A stretch of 63,855 nucleotides of DNA, filler included, from Octopus bimaculoides (taxonomy: Eukaryota): NCBI RefSeq assembly GCF_001194135.2. It is 7 parts of 6 records of this genome, joined end to end, with 100 filler letters (N's around TTAATTAATTAA, not from the genome) between each part and the next. Parts side by side here need not be neighbours in the genome. Positions count along the whole stretch, not along the records: positions 6,665 to 24,989 come from NC_068985.1; positions 25,090 to 28,208 come from NW_026338420.1; positions 28,309 to 34,001 come from NC_069006.1; positions 34,102 to 48,194 come from NC_068990.1; 3 more parts are not named here. One strand, given 5' to 3'. Of this stretch, positions 22,490 to 35,489 are shown piece after piece (position 1 is the stretch's first letter; every line of letters begins with the position of its first letter). Below the pieces are notes generated by a model. That model did no database searches and was not told where the DNA came from. It worked only from the letters and a program-made list of their open reading frames with translations. The position numbers were made by a program, and so were the translations under genes.

Positions 22490-23560
22490 AATTCCTCACC
22501 AGCGCTAAATTACCTTCCATAATTCCCACACCAACAGTCAAAAAGTGTGGCCACCTCAGTTGCAGGACTTGCATCAACTTTATTGAAGACACAAAATACA
22601 AGTTTAAATCAGGACAGATTTGCACCGTAAAAAATCATTTTACATGTTCTTCAATGTAAAGGATGTAATGAAGATTGCATGGGTCAAAAAGCTTACTCTA
22701 AGAAATAGACAGGCCATTTACCGACAACAGATAAGAGACCCCAGTACAAGACAGATTCCACTGAGTGGACACATAGACATATGTGCAAAAAGTTAAACCC
22801 CCAAATTCCAGGTCTTCCCACACTATCTATGTTCAGATGAAGCACGGATAAAAAAGAAAATACTTTCATACAAAAGTACAAACCAAAGCTGAACAAATTT
22901 CAACAGAGCACATACACAAATAATTATTCACACAGAAAACTCATTCTGCAACTTAACATGAGGAACCTACTCAGTAAACAACCTAAACTTTAGCCACTGG
23001 ATTACATACAAGTGACTCCTGTCCACTCCCCCACCAGACAGATTAAATTTGGAGTGCCTTGATTATAGCTAAACATGTTAAATCAACTGTGTCGGCCTTC
23101 ATTTTAGGCGCAAAAGGTTCTGTCACATGACACTAACGAAAGGACGTAGCGGAAATGTACAAAAGTTTCTAAACTGAATCACGTGTTCATTCTCTACAAA
23201 CACGTGACAGAAAACATTCACAGTATTGATTGTTTGGCACTGTCACTGGACATGTTCAGTCAACAGTGTCAGCCTTACCTTATGACGCCAAACAGTGTCA
23301 CTTGATACTAACACACGCACGTAGCGAGGAACCTACAAAAATTTCTAAGACCAGTCTTGCGACTATCCTCTACCGATCAAGTCCTATTCACAACGTACCC
23401 TAATTTGAGCCATAAACTTCCTATGAGAATAGGTCAAGCTTCGAACACTAGTCAGAAGCAAGACATATTACTATTTCAACTTTTTGAAAATCAGTGTAGT
23501 GTGAAACCGGTTAAATATTTAGATATGATTTTAAAAAATATTTTAACTGTTCTCAGTGCA
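22490..23560 (+). mobile_element. Penelope-like element: decayed GIY-YIG endonuclease plus pLTR, copy 2
   Basis: PTVKKCGHLSCRTCINFIEDTKYKFKSGQICTVKNHFTCSS, CKGCNEDCMGQ, QIPLSGHIDICAK, FIQKYKPKLN; hammerhead-like relic at 23480-23516. Confidence 0.8.
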
Positions 23561-23629
23561 TTTTCAACTATTATTCCTATATTTCTATCAAGCATACACA
23601 CGCACACACACTCACACACACACACACAC

Positions 23630-23690
<61 letters not shown>

Positions 23691-24335
23691 CATATNNNNN
23701 NNNNNNNNNNNNNNNNNNNNNNNNNNNNNNNNNNNNNNNNNNNNNNNNNNNNNNNNNNNNNNNNNNNNNNNNNNNNNNNNNNNNNNNNNNNNNNNNNNNN
23801 NNNNNNNNNNNNNNNNNNNNNNNNNNNNNNNNNNNNNNNNNNNNNNNNNNNNNNNNNNNNNNNNNNNNNNNNNNNNNNNNNNNNNNNNNNNNNNNNNNNN
23901 NNNNNNNNNNNNNNNNNNNNNNNNNNNNNNNNNNNNNNNNNNNNNNNNNNNNNNNNNNNNNNNNNNNNNNNNNNNNNNNNNNNNNNNNNNNNNNNNNNNN
24001 NNNNNNNNNNNNNNNNNNNNNNNNNNNNNNNNNNNNNNNNNNNNNNNNNNNNNNNNNNNNNNNNNNNNNNNNNNNNNNNNNNNNNNNNNNNNNNNNNNNN
24101 NNNNNNNNNNNNNNNNNNNNNNNNNNNNNNNNNNNNNNNNNNNNNNNNNNNNNNNNNNNNNNNNNNNNNNNNNNNNNNNNNNNNNNNNNNNNNNNNNNNN
24201 NNNNNNNNNNNNNNNNNNNNNNNNNNNNNNNNNNNNNNNNNNNNNNNNNNNNNNNNNNNNNNNNNNNNNNNNNNNNNNNNNNNNNNNNNNNNNCCGTGTT
24301 GCTTATTATTTGATATATATATATATATATATATA

Positions 24336-24742
24336 TTCTTTTATTTGTTTCAGTCATTTGACTGTGGACATGCTGGAGTACCGCATTTTGTCGAACAAAT
24401 CGACCCCAGAACTTACTCTTTGTAAGCCTGGAACTTATTCTATCGGTCTCTTTGCCGAACCGCTAAGTGACGGGGACGTAAACACACCAGCATCTGTTGT
24501 CAAGTGATGGTGGTGGGGGGACAAGCACAGACACACAAACACGCACACACACACACACACACGCACACACATATATATATATATATACGACGGGCTTCTT
24601 TCAGTTTCCGTCTACCAAATCCACTGTCAAGACTTTGGTGGTCCCAAGGCTATAGTAGAAGACACTTGCCCAAGGTTCCACGCAATGGGACTGAACTCGG
24701 AACCATGTGGTTGGTAAACAAGCTATTTACCACACAGCCACA
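24336..24742 (-). mobile_element. SINE family B, full length with central (CA)/(TA) microsatellite
   Basis: Same head, core and tail motifs as 19251. Confidence 0.92.
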
Positions 24743-25089
24743 TATATACTTATACATAGGTGTACATATACATGTACATGTTCACACAAACACGTCTACA
24801 TATGGGCATACAGCAATACACACAAGTTCAAAATCATTCAAAGACACAAAAGACAGACTCAAGTTGAGATTTATAAGACTGGGCAGACTTACACAGCTGG
24901 TTCATTCGACTTTTGAATATATATACGTTTACACAAACACACATGTGTATACATACATATATGTGTGGGGGGGTATGTATGTATATATANNNNNNNNNNN
25001 NNNNNNNNNNNNNNNNNNNNNNNNNNNNNNNNNTTAATTAATTAANNNNNNNNNNNNNNNNNNNNNNNNNNNNNNNNNNNNNNNNNNNN

Positions 25090-25120
<31 letters not shown>

Positions 25121-25329
25121 TGACGATGTTGTTCAATATGAATACAGAAATAGGACAACTTGACCATGATAATAATGTCCTTGGGAGGTTTAAAAATGAT
25201 ATTTAAGACACAAGTCTCAAAAGATTAATTGATAAGATTTATTCATTCTCTACCTATGTGAAAAACCTACTTCAACGTAGACAAATAAACACTGCAAGCT
25301 GGCTGATCCTATTACTTTCCTATTCTTAT

Positions 25330-26395
25330 TGTAGCAGGTACGCTCTCCGAACATCCACCTTCATTACTGACTTGCTCACCCAAATAACGGAATCTATCTA
25401 CTACTTCTAAATATCCCACCTAGCATTTGACAACGTCTATCTTCTGTACATTTCTAGTACTTATTGTACCTATACATCAACCACATACAAAGACTATTTT
25501 CTCTGTGAACCTTCCTCTGATATTGCTGCACCCCTCATGTGTCTATAACCTGTCTTAAATTCCTCTGTTATTGACTGGACATGGCTTATGCAGCTCTCAC
25601 TAACCACACATCAACCCTTAGCTTCACCACCAGATAATGGAACGGGGGGACGCTGTCGAAGGCTTTCTCCATGTCACCAAAATCCAACTTAGCTAAAGCA
25701 TAAACAGAGGTTTATATTTTGGCCAAGTACTTCTCCTGCAGCTGCCTTACCAGAAAGATAGTGTCAGTGGTGCTTCTCCCTGACACAACACCAAACTAAA
25801 TCTCACCTAGACTAACTCACGTCCTAATTAGTTGAGATATGACCCTCTCAGTAACTTTGATAACCTGGTCCAACAATTTGATTCCTCTGCAATTATTTCT
25901 GTCTAAGGTGTCACCTTTACCCTTGTAACAGTTGACTATGGTGCTGCTACACCAGTCATTGGGTATNNNNNNNNNNACACCAGTCATTGGGTATGACTCC
26001 TTCATGTATCACCTGGTTAACTATATAGGTGATTAGACCGTAACCCACATCGCCAGATATTTTAAGCATCTCAGCAATGATTCTTGATGGGCTGGGGGCT
26101 TTCACCGTCTGAACAACTTTCACGGCTTTTTCTACCAAGCTGCTGTCTATTCAGATTGCTGGTCCCACTGTTGGACTCTCTCTAGGCAGACTCTTCTTCT
26201 CCCATGAGTTCTCTACATTTAGTAGCCTTTCAAAGTGGCACTTTGTTTCCAGAGTCACTAACAGCAAGTGAACCATCATCCATGCGAACACACTTCTCTC
26301 CCACAGCATCACAATTTTTCCCCTGAATACACTGCCTTACAAACCGAAACACTTGAAGCCACTGGTCCTCATACGCATGTATGTGTGTGTATATA
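25330..26395 (-). pseudogene. RTE-clade LINE reverse transcriptase fragment with internal deletion
   Basis: VGEKCVRMDDGSLA, AEMLKISG, IPNDWCSSTIVNCYKGKGDTLDRNNCRGIKLLDQV, QEKYLAK, D..KAFD; downstream THEGCSNIRGRFTEKIVFVCG*CIG and VVDRFRYLG. Confidence 0.88.
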
Positions 26396-26879
26396 TGCTG
26401 ATATGCATGCATATATATAAAATCTAGCTGCTAATATCCTGTTTAAAATACTTTGTCATATCCAAATTTGCTAAGTTACTGAGACATCAGCACTCAATAA
26501 ACAGTCGTCAACCAGAGACGGATCACAAACACAGACACAGAGACACCCACCTAAATATCTCTAAACATATATCTATTTTCACGTGTTTCCATTCCGGATG
26601 CAATCTGCAAAGAGTGACTAATCATTGTTGTTTCTTTACTGTTGAATTTGTTTTCTCTGTGACCCACTTATTATTTTTATTGTTGTTAAATAAAATGTTT
26701 TAATGCGGGGAAAAAACANNNNNNNNNNNNNNNNNNNNNNNNNNNNNNNNNNNNNNNNNNNNNNNNNNNNNNNNTGTGACATTAATGCTAAATGAGTGAT
26801 CCCAACCTGAGGAATCTTATTTGGCAACTGACCAAACCAAGATTAAAGGAACTTCTGCAACTTTTCTACAACGGTTGAA

Positions 26880-27790
26880 AGTAGTCTGCTTCCCAACCAC
26901 ATGGTTCCAGGTTCAGTCCCACTGCGTGGCACTTGGNNNNNNNNNNNNNNNNNNNNNNNNNNNNNNNNNNNNNNNNNNNNNNNNNNNNNNNNNNNNNNNN
27001 NNNNNNNNNNNNNNNNNNNNNNNNNNNNNNNNNNNNNNNNNNNNNNNNNNNNNNNNNNNNNNNNNNNNNNNNNNNNNNNNNNNNNNNNNNNNNNNNNNNN
27101 NNNNNNNNNNNNNNNNNNNNNNNNNNNNNNNNNNNNNNNNNNNNNNNNNNNNNNNNNNNNNNNNNNNNNNNNNNNNNNNNNNNNNNNNNNNNNNNNNNNN
27201 NNNNNNNNNNNNNNNNNNNNNNNNNNNNNNNNNNNNNNNNNNNNNNNNNNNNNNNNNNNNNNNNNNNNNNNNNNNNNNNNNNNNNNNNNNNNNNNNNNNN
27301 NNNNNNNNNNNNNNNNNNNNNNNNNNNNNNNNNNNNNNNNNNNNNNNNNNNNNNNNNNNNNNNNNNNNNNNNNNNNNNNNNNNNNNNNNNNNNNNNNNNN
27401 NNNNNNNNNNNNNNNNNNNNNNNNNNNNNNNNNNNNNNNNNNNNNNNNNNNNNNNNNNNNAACTGAAAGAAGCCTGTTGTATATATGTATATATATATAT
27501 ATGTGTATGTTTATGTGTCTGTGTTTGTCCCACCAACATAGCTTGACAACCGATGCTGGTGTGTTAACGTCCCCGTAACTTAGCGGTTCANNNNNNNNNN
27601 CAACCGATGCTGGTGTGTTAACGTCCCCGTAACTTAGCGGTTCAGCAAAAAGAACCTGATAGAATAAGTACTAGGCTTACAAAGAATAAGTCCTAGTGTC
27701 GATTTNNNNNNNNNNACTAAAGGCGGTGCTCCAGCATGGCCGCATTCAAATCACTGAAACAAGTAAAAGGAAAAAAAAAAAAGAGTAATA
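26880..27790 (+). mobile_element. SINE family B spanning gaps
   Basis: Head at 26880-26936, core and tail at 27461-27790. Confidence 0.8.
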
Positions 27791-28106
27791 AAATAATTCA
27801 CCTCTCTCTCGGCGAGCTGGCAGAATCGTTAACCTGCAGCCATGATGGGGCAGTACCTTAAAGAACATTCAGTCAAAAAATCGACCCGAGGACTCCTTTT
27901 AAAGCCTGGTCCTCCTGTTAGTAAGTCAAGGGGTCGTATATACACCAACACCAGAGGTCGAAAGGCATATGAGGAGAAACACAAGTAGAAAGACAAACAC
28001 ACATATAACTATGTGTATTCCTTTATATATATATATATATATATATNNNNNNNNNNNNNNNNNNNNNNNNNNNNNNNNNNNNNNNNNNNNNNNNNNNNNN
28101 NNNNNN

Positions 28107-28208
28107 AAAGTCATTCGAGCGAGATCGTTGCCAGTGCCGCTGGACTGGCTCCTGTGAGGGTGGCACGTAAAATACACCATTTTGAGCATGGCCGTTGCCA
28201 GTACCTCC
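28107..28208 (+). mobile_element. Fragment of an interspersed repeat related to 43715-44075 (possible RTE 3'-derived)
   Basis: GTTGCCAGTGCC...GGTGGCACGTAAAATACACC module resembling the modules at 43715-44075. Confidence 0.45.
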
Positions 28209-28574
28209 NNNNNNNNNNNNNNNNNNNNNNNNNNNNNNNNNNNNNNNNNNNNTTAATTAATTAANNNNNNNNNNNNNNNNNNNNNNNNNNNNNNNNNNNN
28301 NNNNNNNNATATATATTATGTGTGTGTTTGTGTCTGTGCGTGAAGGTGCATGGATTAGTGGCTAGAGTGTCGGGCTAACAAATATAGTCAATATATCACA
28401 CTTTTACACTTGCATCATCCATTTCCAGGTGTATCTGCCGTATCCCCAGCACGAAGACCGTTTCTGCAGCCACACTGCTTGATTTTAAAGGCAAGTACTA
28501 TTCTTTCCTGAACTGACAAGTTACGTGAACGAGAAGAAACTAATGCCGGGTCTCAAATGGTGATAAACACAAAC

Positions 28575-29662
<1,088 letters not shown>

Positions 29663-30064
29663 AACATACCGCAATCACATCGTGAGTGACTCGTTTTAGC
29701 CATTCAAAAGACTCCCACATTGTAACTCCTATCATATTCTTATCTCTGTCCCCATACGATCACCAGGTACACAAGCACAACAATGAAATCTTCCAAATCA
29801 TAGAAAGTCTTTACTAACGCGACAAAAAGATAGCTGGATTGAAGATACTAATTCTGAATATATCTTTGGCCTTTTCAACCAGTGGATTATTTGGATCCTT
29901 CTGTGAGTCCACCATAATCCCAAATCCTGTGGCAGCTATGACATCTATCGTATAAGCTGAGAACAATCTAAAATAAATAAAAACAAGAAATATTATATAT
30001 AATTATATGTATATATAATTATATGTATGTATGTATATATATATATAATGGTGCAACAACTGAG

Positions 30065-30365
30065 CTTTTGAGAGAAGGAACTAGTTGATTACATCGATCC
30101 CAGTGTTTCAATGATATTTAATTTATCGACAGTGAAATGGTGAAAAGTAAATTCGACCTTGGCAGAATTTGAACTCAGATTATCAATGCAATTTTAGGTG
30201 TAAGGAGCAAGTTGATTACATCGATTCCTGTACTTGACAGTTGCTTATTTTATCGGCCCTGAAAGGAAAAGTCGACCTCATCGGATTTGAACTCAGAACG
30301 TAAAAAGCCGCAATAAGTACCTCTAAGCATTTTACTCGACGATCAAAAGATTTTGTCACCTTACC
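30065..30365 (-). mobile_element. Two tandem diverged family A SINE fragments
   Basis: GGAACTAGTTGATTACATCGATCCCAG...TTGAACTCAG occurs twice (about 30075 and 30205). Confidence 0.75.
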
Positions 30366-31401
30366 ACCTTCCTTTCATTTAATGTTGAAAGAAATTCAAA
30401 ATTCAAAAAGAATGGTCGAATAATCTCACATACTGTTTAACATCGTTGCCTGTTCCACTTTCTGCCATCTTCCCTATGTTTTCCATCAACGTGTCAGCAC
30501 ATGTTTGAATCATTGAGTTCATCTACAAGAAAGTGAACCGCTTTTTAGAAAACAATCTAAGCAAGAATAAATATTTTATTATCAATATCTCAGATGTCAT
30601 TTGAACAAACACGTCAACCTTTGACTCAAGGCCACGCAGTCTTCTTGCTCTTAATTTCCTATCACATCTACATTGTCTCCGATTCTCTGATTTGTTCAAC
30701 TGGACTCTTCCCTGTCCGATACTCACTTTAAACAACCCTGACAGGCCCAACACCAACGAACTAAACTCAAAACTTCCTAATACAGAATGTCAGTCCTCTG
30801 TTATCTATCTCCCCATGTTTTATCATTTGCAATCAGCAAATCAGGGCCTGCGATGTCTATGTGTATAAGTCTTTCTTTTAATCCAAATTATTAAGCAACA
30901 ATGAAAAAATATAGAGGGTTTATTGAGAGTTTGATACTTAAGTTTATATTAACTGCAGCGCAACTCTTATCTATTAGACCTGTTCAAGTAGACACTCTAG
31001 CCATGGTTATCCCTTATATATTCTTTAGATATATGCATTTTACTCGGTATTAATCTATCCATTATTTTCTCACTATTTTTAAGTTGTTAAAGCATAAACT
31101 AGGTAAGATTTTAGGAGCTATATTTAGGAGATCGGGCACAGCGCAAATCAGCAAATCAAGATTTTCTTGTCCGTTAAGGTCACTGATGAATATGGGAAAA
31201 TAATACACACAATGGCACTCGTAGAAATGTGGTGTTGCTTTTAATATTGTAAAAACAAGAAACTTAATCTCTCGGGAGATTAAATGATATCGTCTATTTA
31301 TATATTTCTTGTCACGGAAAAGGAGATAGCTCCAGTTTTCCCAGCGTCTTATAGGTATATTCACCCATTATGTAGACTAATCTTGAAGAGAAAGTAAAGA
31401 C

Positions 31402-31640
31402 AGGTGATCTAGTGGTTAGAGTGTTCTAACTCACGATCTTGCGATCGTAGTTTCGATTTCCGGACAACGCACCCTGTCATTAAGCAAAACACTTCAATGC
31501 ACATTAATCCAGTCTATTCCGTGGTAAGTGAGTAGCACTGCGACGAACTGGCGACCCGTTCAATAGGAGATGTTACGATCTCGGTCACTTGTACGCCATC
31601 GAAACTAGGTAACTGGTCCTTTGAGTTCCAGGACTCGAGA
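31402..31640 (+). mobile_element. Old tRNA-headed SINE, family D (Meta-domain-like core)
   Basis: TAGTGGTTAGAGTG...GTTTCGATTTCC...AAGCAAAACACTTC...CTGCGACGAACTGGCGACCCGTTC; homologous to 47275 and 55638. Confidence 0.6.
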
Positions 31641-31734
31641 TAGTACTTACTTGAAAGGAAAACCAGTTTAGTGTGGGGACGATAAAGGGTGTCTCGATTA
31701 GGTATTGTCTTCATAATAGTTGGAAACAAGAAGA

Positions 31735-32050
31735 GAATTAGATCATTTATTCCATGTTAGCCTAAATTGTTTCACTACATCGTCTTTCCATTGTCTTGGG
31801 AACGTTCCCAGTGGCCTTTATCGATATCTTGGATGCCCCTCTACAACAGCATGGGTCCGCCTGTCGTCTGTGAACTTTGCGACATGACCGACCAACAGAA
31901 CTTGTGCATTTTGGTGTTCTGCGATCATGTCATTCATTCTGCTTTGTTCTAGAATTTCTCCATTTTGGATACTCCTAGCAATGATCTTTCTGTGGCCCTT
32001 TGAGTCGTAACCAGTCCATATTCTTCCCTTTTCATGGTGGCCCACTTCAG
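31735..32050 (-). pseudogene. C-terminal fragment of an RTE-clade LINE
   Basis: GHVAKFTDDRRTHAVVEGHPRYR*RPLGTFPRQWKD, matching the RTE C-terminal GHV.R...R......W.P...R..GRP..RW.D motif. Confidence 0.7.
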
Positions 32051-32124
32051 CTTATATAGAAACGAAAATGTTATATTTTCACGATTGTTCAATACAGATC
32101 CATTACATCAAAATATTTGGGGTT

Positions 32125-32225
32125 TTTTCACTCTTTTAGTTTCTAGCTTTTACTTGTTTGAGTCATTCGATTGCGGCCAAGCTGGGGCACAGCCTTGAAG
32201 GAGTTTTGGTCAATGAAATGACTAA
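32125..32225 (-). mobile_element. SINE family B 3' tail
   Basis: TTTTACTTGTTTGAGTCATTCGATTGCGGCCAAGCTGGGGCACAGCCTTGAAG. Confidence 0.7.
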
Positions 32226-33954
32226 TGATAAGGCTAATATTCTAAACAATACAATGGTATTCAAAAGTTATTAATGAATATTGAAATGTTTGGTACAAAT
32301 AATTATGTGACGACAAGCAGGGAGACGAAAGAAGAAGAAACAATCGACAAAATATTTTCACAGACACACACACATACATAAACACACACACACGTATAAA
32401 GATGTGTATGTACGTATGTATGTGGGTACGTATGTATGTATGTATGTATGTATGTATGTATGTATGTATGTAGGTATGTATGTATGTATGTATGTATGTA
32501 TGTATGCGTAAGGCGAATGTGTGGATGAGCATGTGTGTGTTTCAAGTGAGGGTGGATGAGTATATACATATAGGGGCATGCACGGATTGGAGCGCTTACG
32601 GAAATACTATGGACTTTTTTACTGCCTCAGCTTTACTCCCTCCTCTTATTTAGCGATCATTCTAACAGCTCCTTTGTCTTAATAACGGTCAATCACACAG
32701 TAATTTCCCTTTGTTTAACGGTCATTTTCATAGGAATTTTAAATGGCCAGATAACTGAAAAGATGGCCGCGTGGGTTTCCGCCCCGGCTTCCGAAACTCG
32801 GAGTTATATCATGGTTACCGAATAAGTGTCACATATTTTTACAGATAAATTCCTCTATTTACATAATATCGAGGTCTCTTTCTTTCTTTTGTTGTCTTTT
32901 CTNNNNNNNNNNNNNNNNNNNNNNNNNNNNNNNNNNNNNNNNNNNNNNNNNNNNNNNNNNNNNNNNNNNNNNNNNNNNNNNNNNNNNNNNNNNNNNNNNN
33001 NNNNNNNNNNNNNNNNNNNNNNNNNNNNNNNNNNNNNNNNNNNNNNNNNNNNNNNNNNNNNNNNNNNNNNNNNNNNNNNNNNNNNNNNNNNNNNNNNNNN
33101 NNNNNNNNNNNNNNNNNNNNNNNNNNNNNNNNNNNNNNNNNNNNNNNNNNNNNNNNNNNNNNNNNNNNNNNNNNNNNNNNNNNNNNNNNNNNNNNNNNNN
33201 NNNNNNNNNNNNNNNNNNNNNNNNNNNNNNNNNNTATATATATATAGATATAGATATAGATATATATATGAGTGTGTGTATGTGTGTGTATGTATATATA
33301 AAGAGAGTGAGAAAGACAGAGAGAGAGAGAGGAAGAGAGCAATATTTAAAAACGATGAATAATTTATATACTTCGCAAAGCAAAGCAGGGAAGAAGACAC
33401 AAGACAAGTTTCGGTAGTATTATGACCGCATCATCATTTATTAGGCTGATTTATCAGAGATATCTAGAAATGCATACTTACCGCTCTCATTTGATGAGAG
33501 CTATAAAAAGGAACCAATACAGTTCGTAGATATTTCCAATGATCATCTTTGGCCGCTGCAACTCCAAGATTACTGATTTCATCTCCTATAAACGGCTGCA
33601 GAACGATGAGAAAGGGTAAGGTTTCGATTTGATATAAATTATAATGATGTCTTTTTCTTACATCTTCTTGAATTTTGTACACACACACACGTATGAGCAC
33701 ACACAGAGGCACATACACACAGGTGCACACATACACACATACACACGCATATACACACATACACTCACAAACATACACACACTCACACGCATGTGTATAC
33801 AAACATACATGATTCATATCTAACATTTATATAAAACTTGCCACGAAATTAGAAGTAAGCAGTACATGATCAATCATATACAAATTTCTCAATAAAATTC
33901 ATATAAAAAATTATATTCATAAAATTATTAAATTGTATTTAAAATTAATTATCA

Positions 33955-34001
<47 letters not shown>

Positions 34002-34340
34002 NNNNNNNNNNNNNNNNNNNNNNNNNNNNNNNNNNNNNNNNNNNNTTAATTAATTAANNNNNNNNNNNNNNNNNNNNNNNNNNNNNNNNNNNNNNNNNNN
34101 NCACACACACACACAGATAAATGACGGTGAATCAATCAACTCTATCGATTGACGAACTAATCATTACATGATACAAGGTCAATATTTACCAGGACCTTGC
34201 CATAGTAACAGAGGAATTACAATTGCTCACGACGCTGCAATGTTGATTTGGCGGTCGGAGTATTGACCGGTTGCATATCGTTGGAGAAGTTTTGTGCTAT
34301 GTGCCCGGCATAGCTTTCTATCACTTTTAATTTGCATTAA

Positions 34341-34536
34341 CCGTTTGGACTGCGGCCATACTGGGGCACTTCCTTGAGAATTTTCATCGAACGAATGAAG
34401 CCCAGTACTTATTTCTTTTTTAATCTGGTTCTTATTCTATCGATCTTCTTTTGCCGAACCGCTAAGTTACAGGGAAGTGAACATACCAACATTGGTTGCC
34501 AAGCGGTGGTGGGAGACAAAGATACAAAAAACCCAA
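34341..34536 (-). mobile_element. SINE family B 3' half (runs into gap)
   Basis: CTGCGGCCATACTGGGGCAC...TTTGCCGAACCGCTAAGTTAC...GGTTGCCAAGCGGTGG. Confidence 0.85.
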
Positions 34537-35489
34537 NNNNNNNNNNNNNNNNNNNNNNNNNNNNNNNNNNNNNNNNNNNNNNNNNNNNNNNNNNNNNNNN
34601 NNNNNNNNNNNNNNNNNNNNNNNNNNNNNNNNNNNNNNNNNNNNNNNNNNNNNNNNNNNNNNNNNNNNNNNNNNNNNNNNNNNNNNNNNNNNNNNNNNNN
34701 NNNNNNNNNNNNNNNNNNNNNNNNNNNNNNNNNNNNNNNNNNNNNNNNNNNNNNNNNNNNNNNNNNNNNNNNNNNNNNNNNNNNNNNNNNNNNNNNNNNN
34801 NNNNNNNNNNNNNNNNNNNNNNNNNNNNNNNNNNNNNNNNNNNNNNNNNNNNNNNNNNNNNNNNNNNNNNNNNNNNNNNNNNNNNNNNNNNNNNNNNNNN
34901 NNNNNNNNNNNNNNNNNNNNNNNNNNNNNNNNNNNNNNNNNNNNNNNNNNNNNNNNNNNNNNNNNNNNNNNNNNNNNNNNNNNNNNNNNNNNNNNNNNNN
35001 NNNNNNNNNNNNNNNNNNNNNNNNNNNNNNNNNNNNNNNNNNNNNNNNNNNNNNNNNNNNNNNNNNNNNNNNNNNNNNNNNNNNNNNNNNNNNNNNNNNN
35101 NNNNNNNNNNNNNNNNNNNNNNNNNNNNNNNNNNNNNNNNNNNNNNNNNNNNNNNNNNNNNNNNNNNNNNNNNNNNNNNNNNNNNNNNNNNNNNNNNNNN
35201 NNNNNNNNNNNNNNNNNNNNNNNNNNNNNNNNNNNNNNNNNNNNNNNNNNNNNNNNNNNNNNNNNNNNNNNNNNNAATCGATGCATTACCCCATTGGGAT
35301 ACAACAAATACACATGAAAATATAGGGAATCAGTTGATCAAGTTGTTACAAAACAAATGAGAAACGAAATCAGTCCGAAAATATCCCCAGCATTTGGTAT
35401 TAACAACTGCGTAAGATCCATTTATGCCCATTAGGTAGAAAGAAACCGCGGGTCATACACCGAAAATTACGGTATATATACGTACATAA

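Noticed and set aside
30523-30756. 77-aa minus-strand ORF and 31062-31364 ORF as possible exons
   Set aside because: No recognisable domain or supportable splice structure.
32571-32830. TAGGGGCATGCACGG as a possible hAT terminus
   Set aside because: No partner TIR is visible (a gap follows) and there is no coding evidence.
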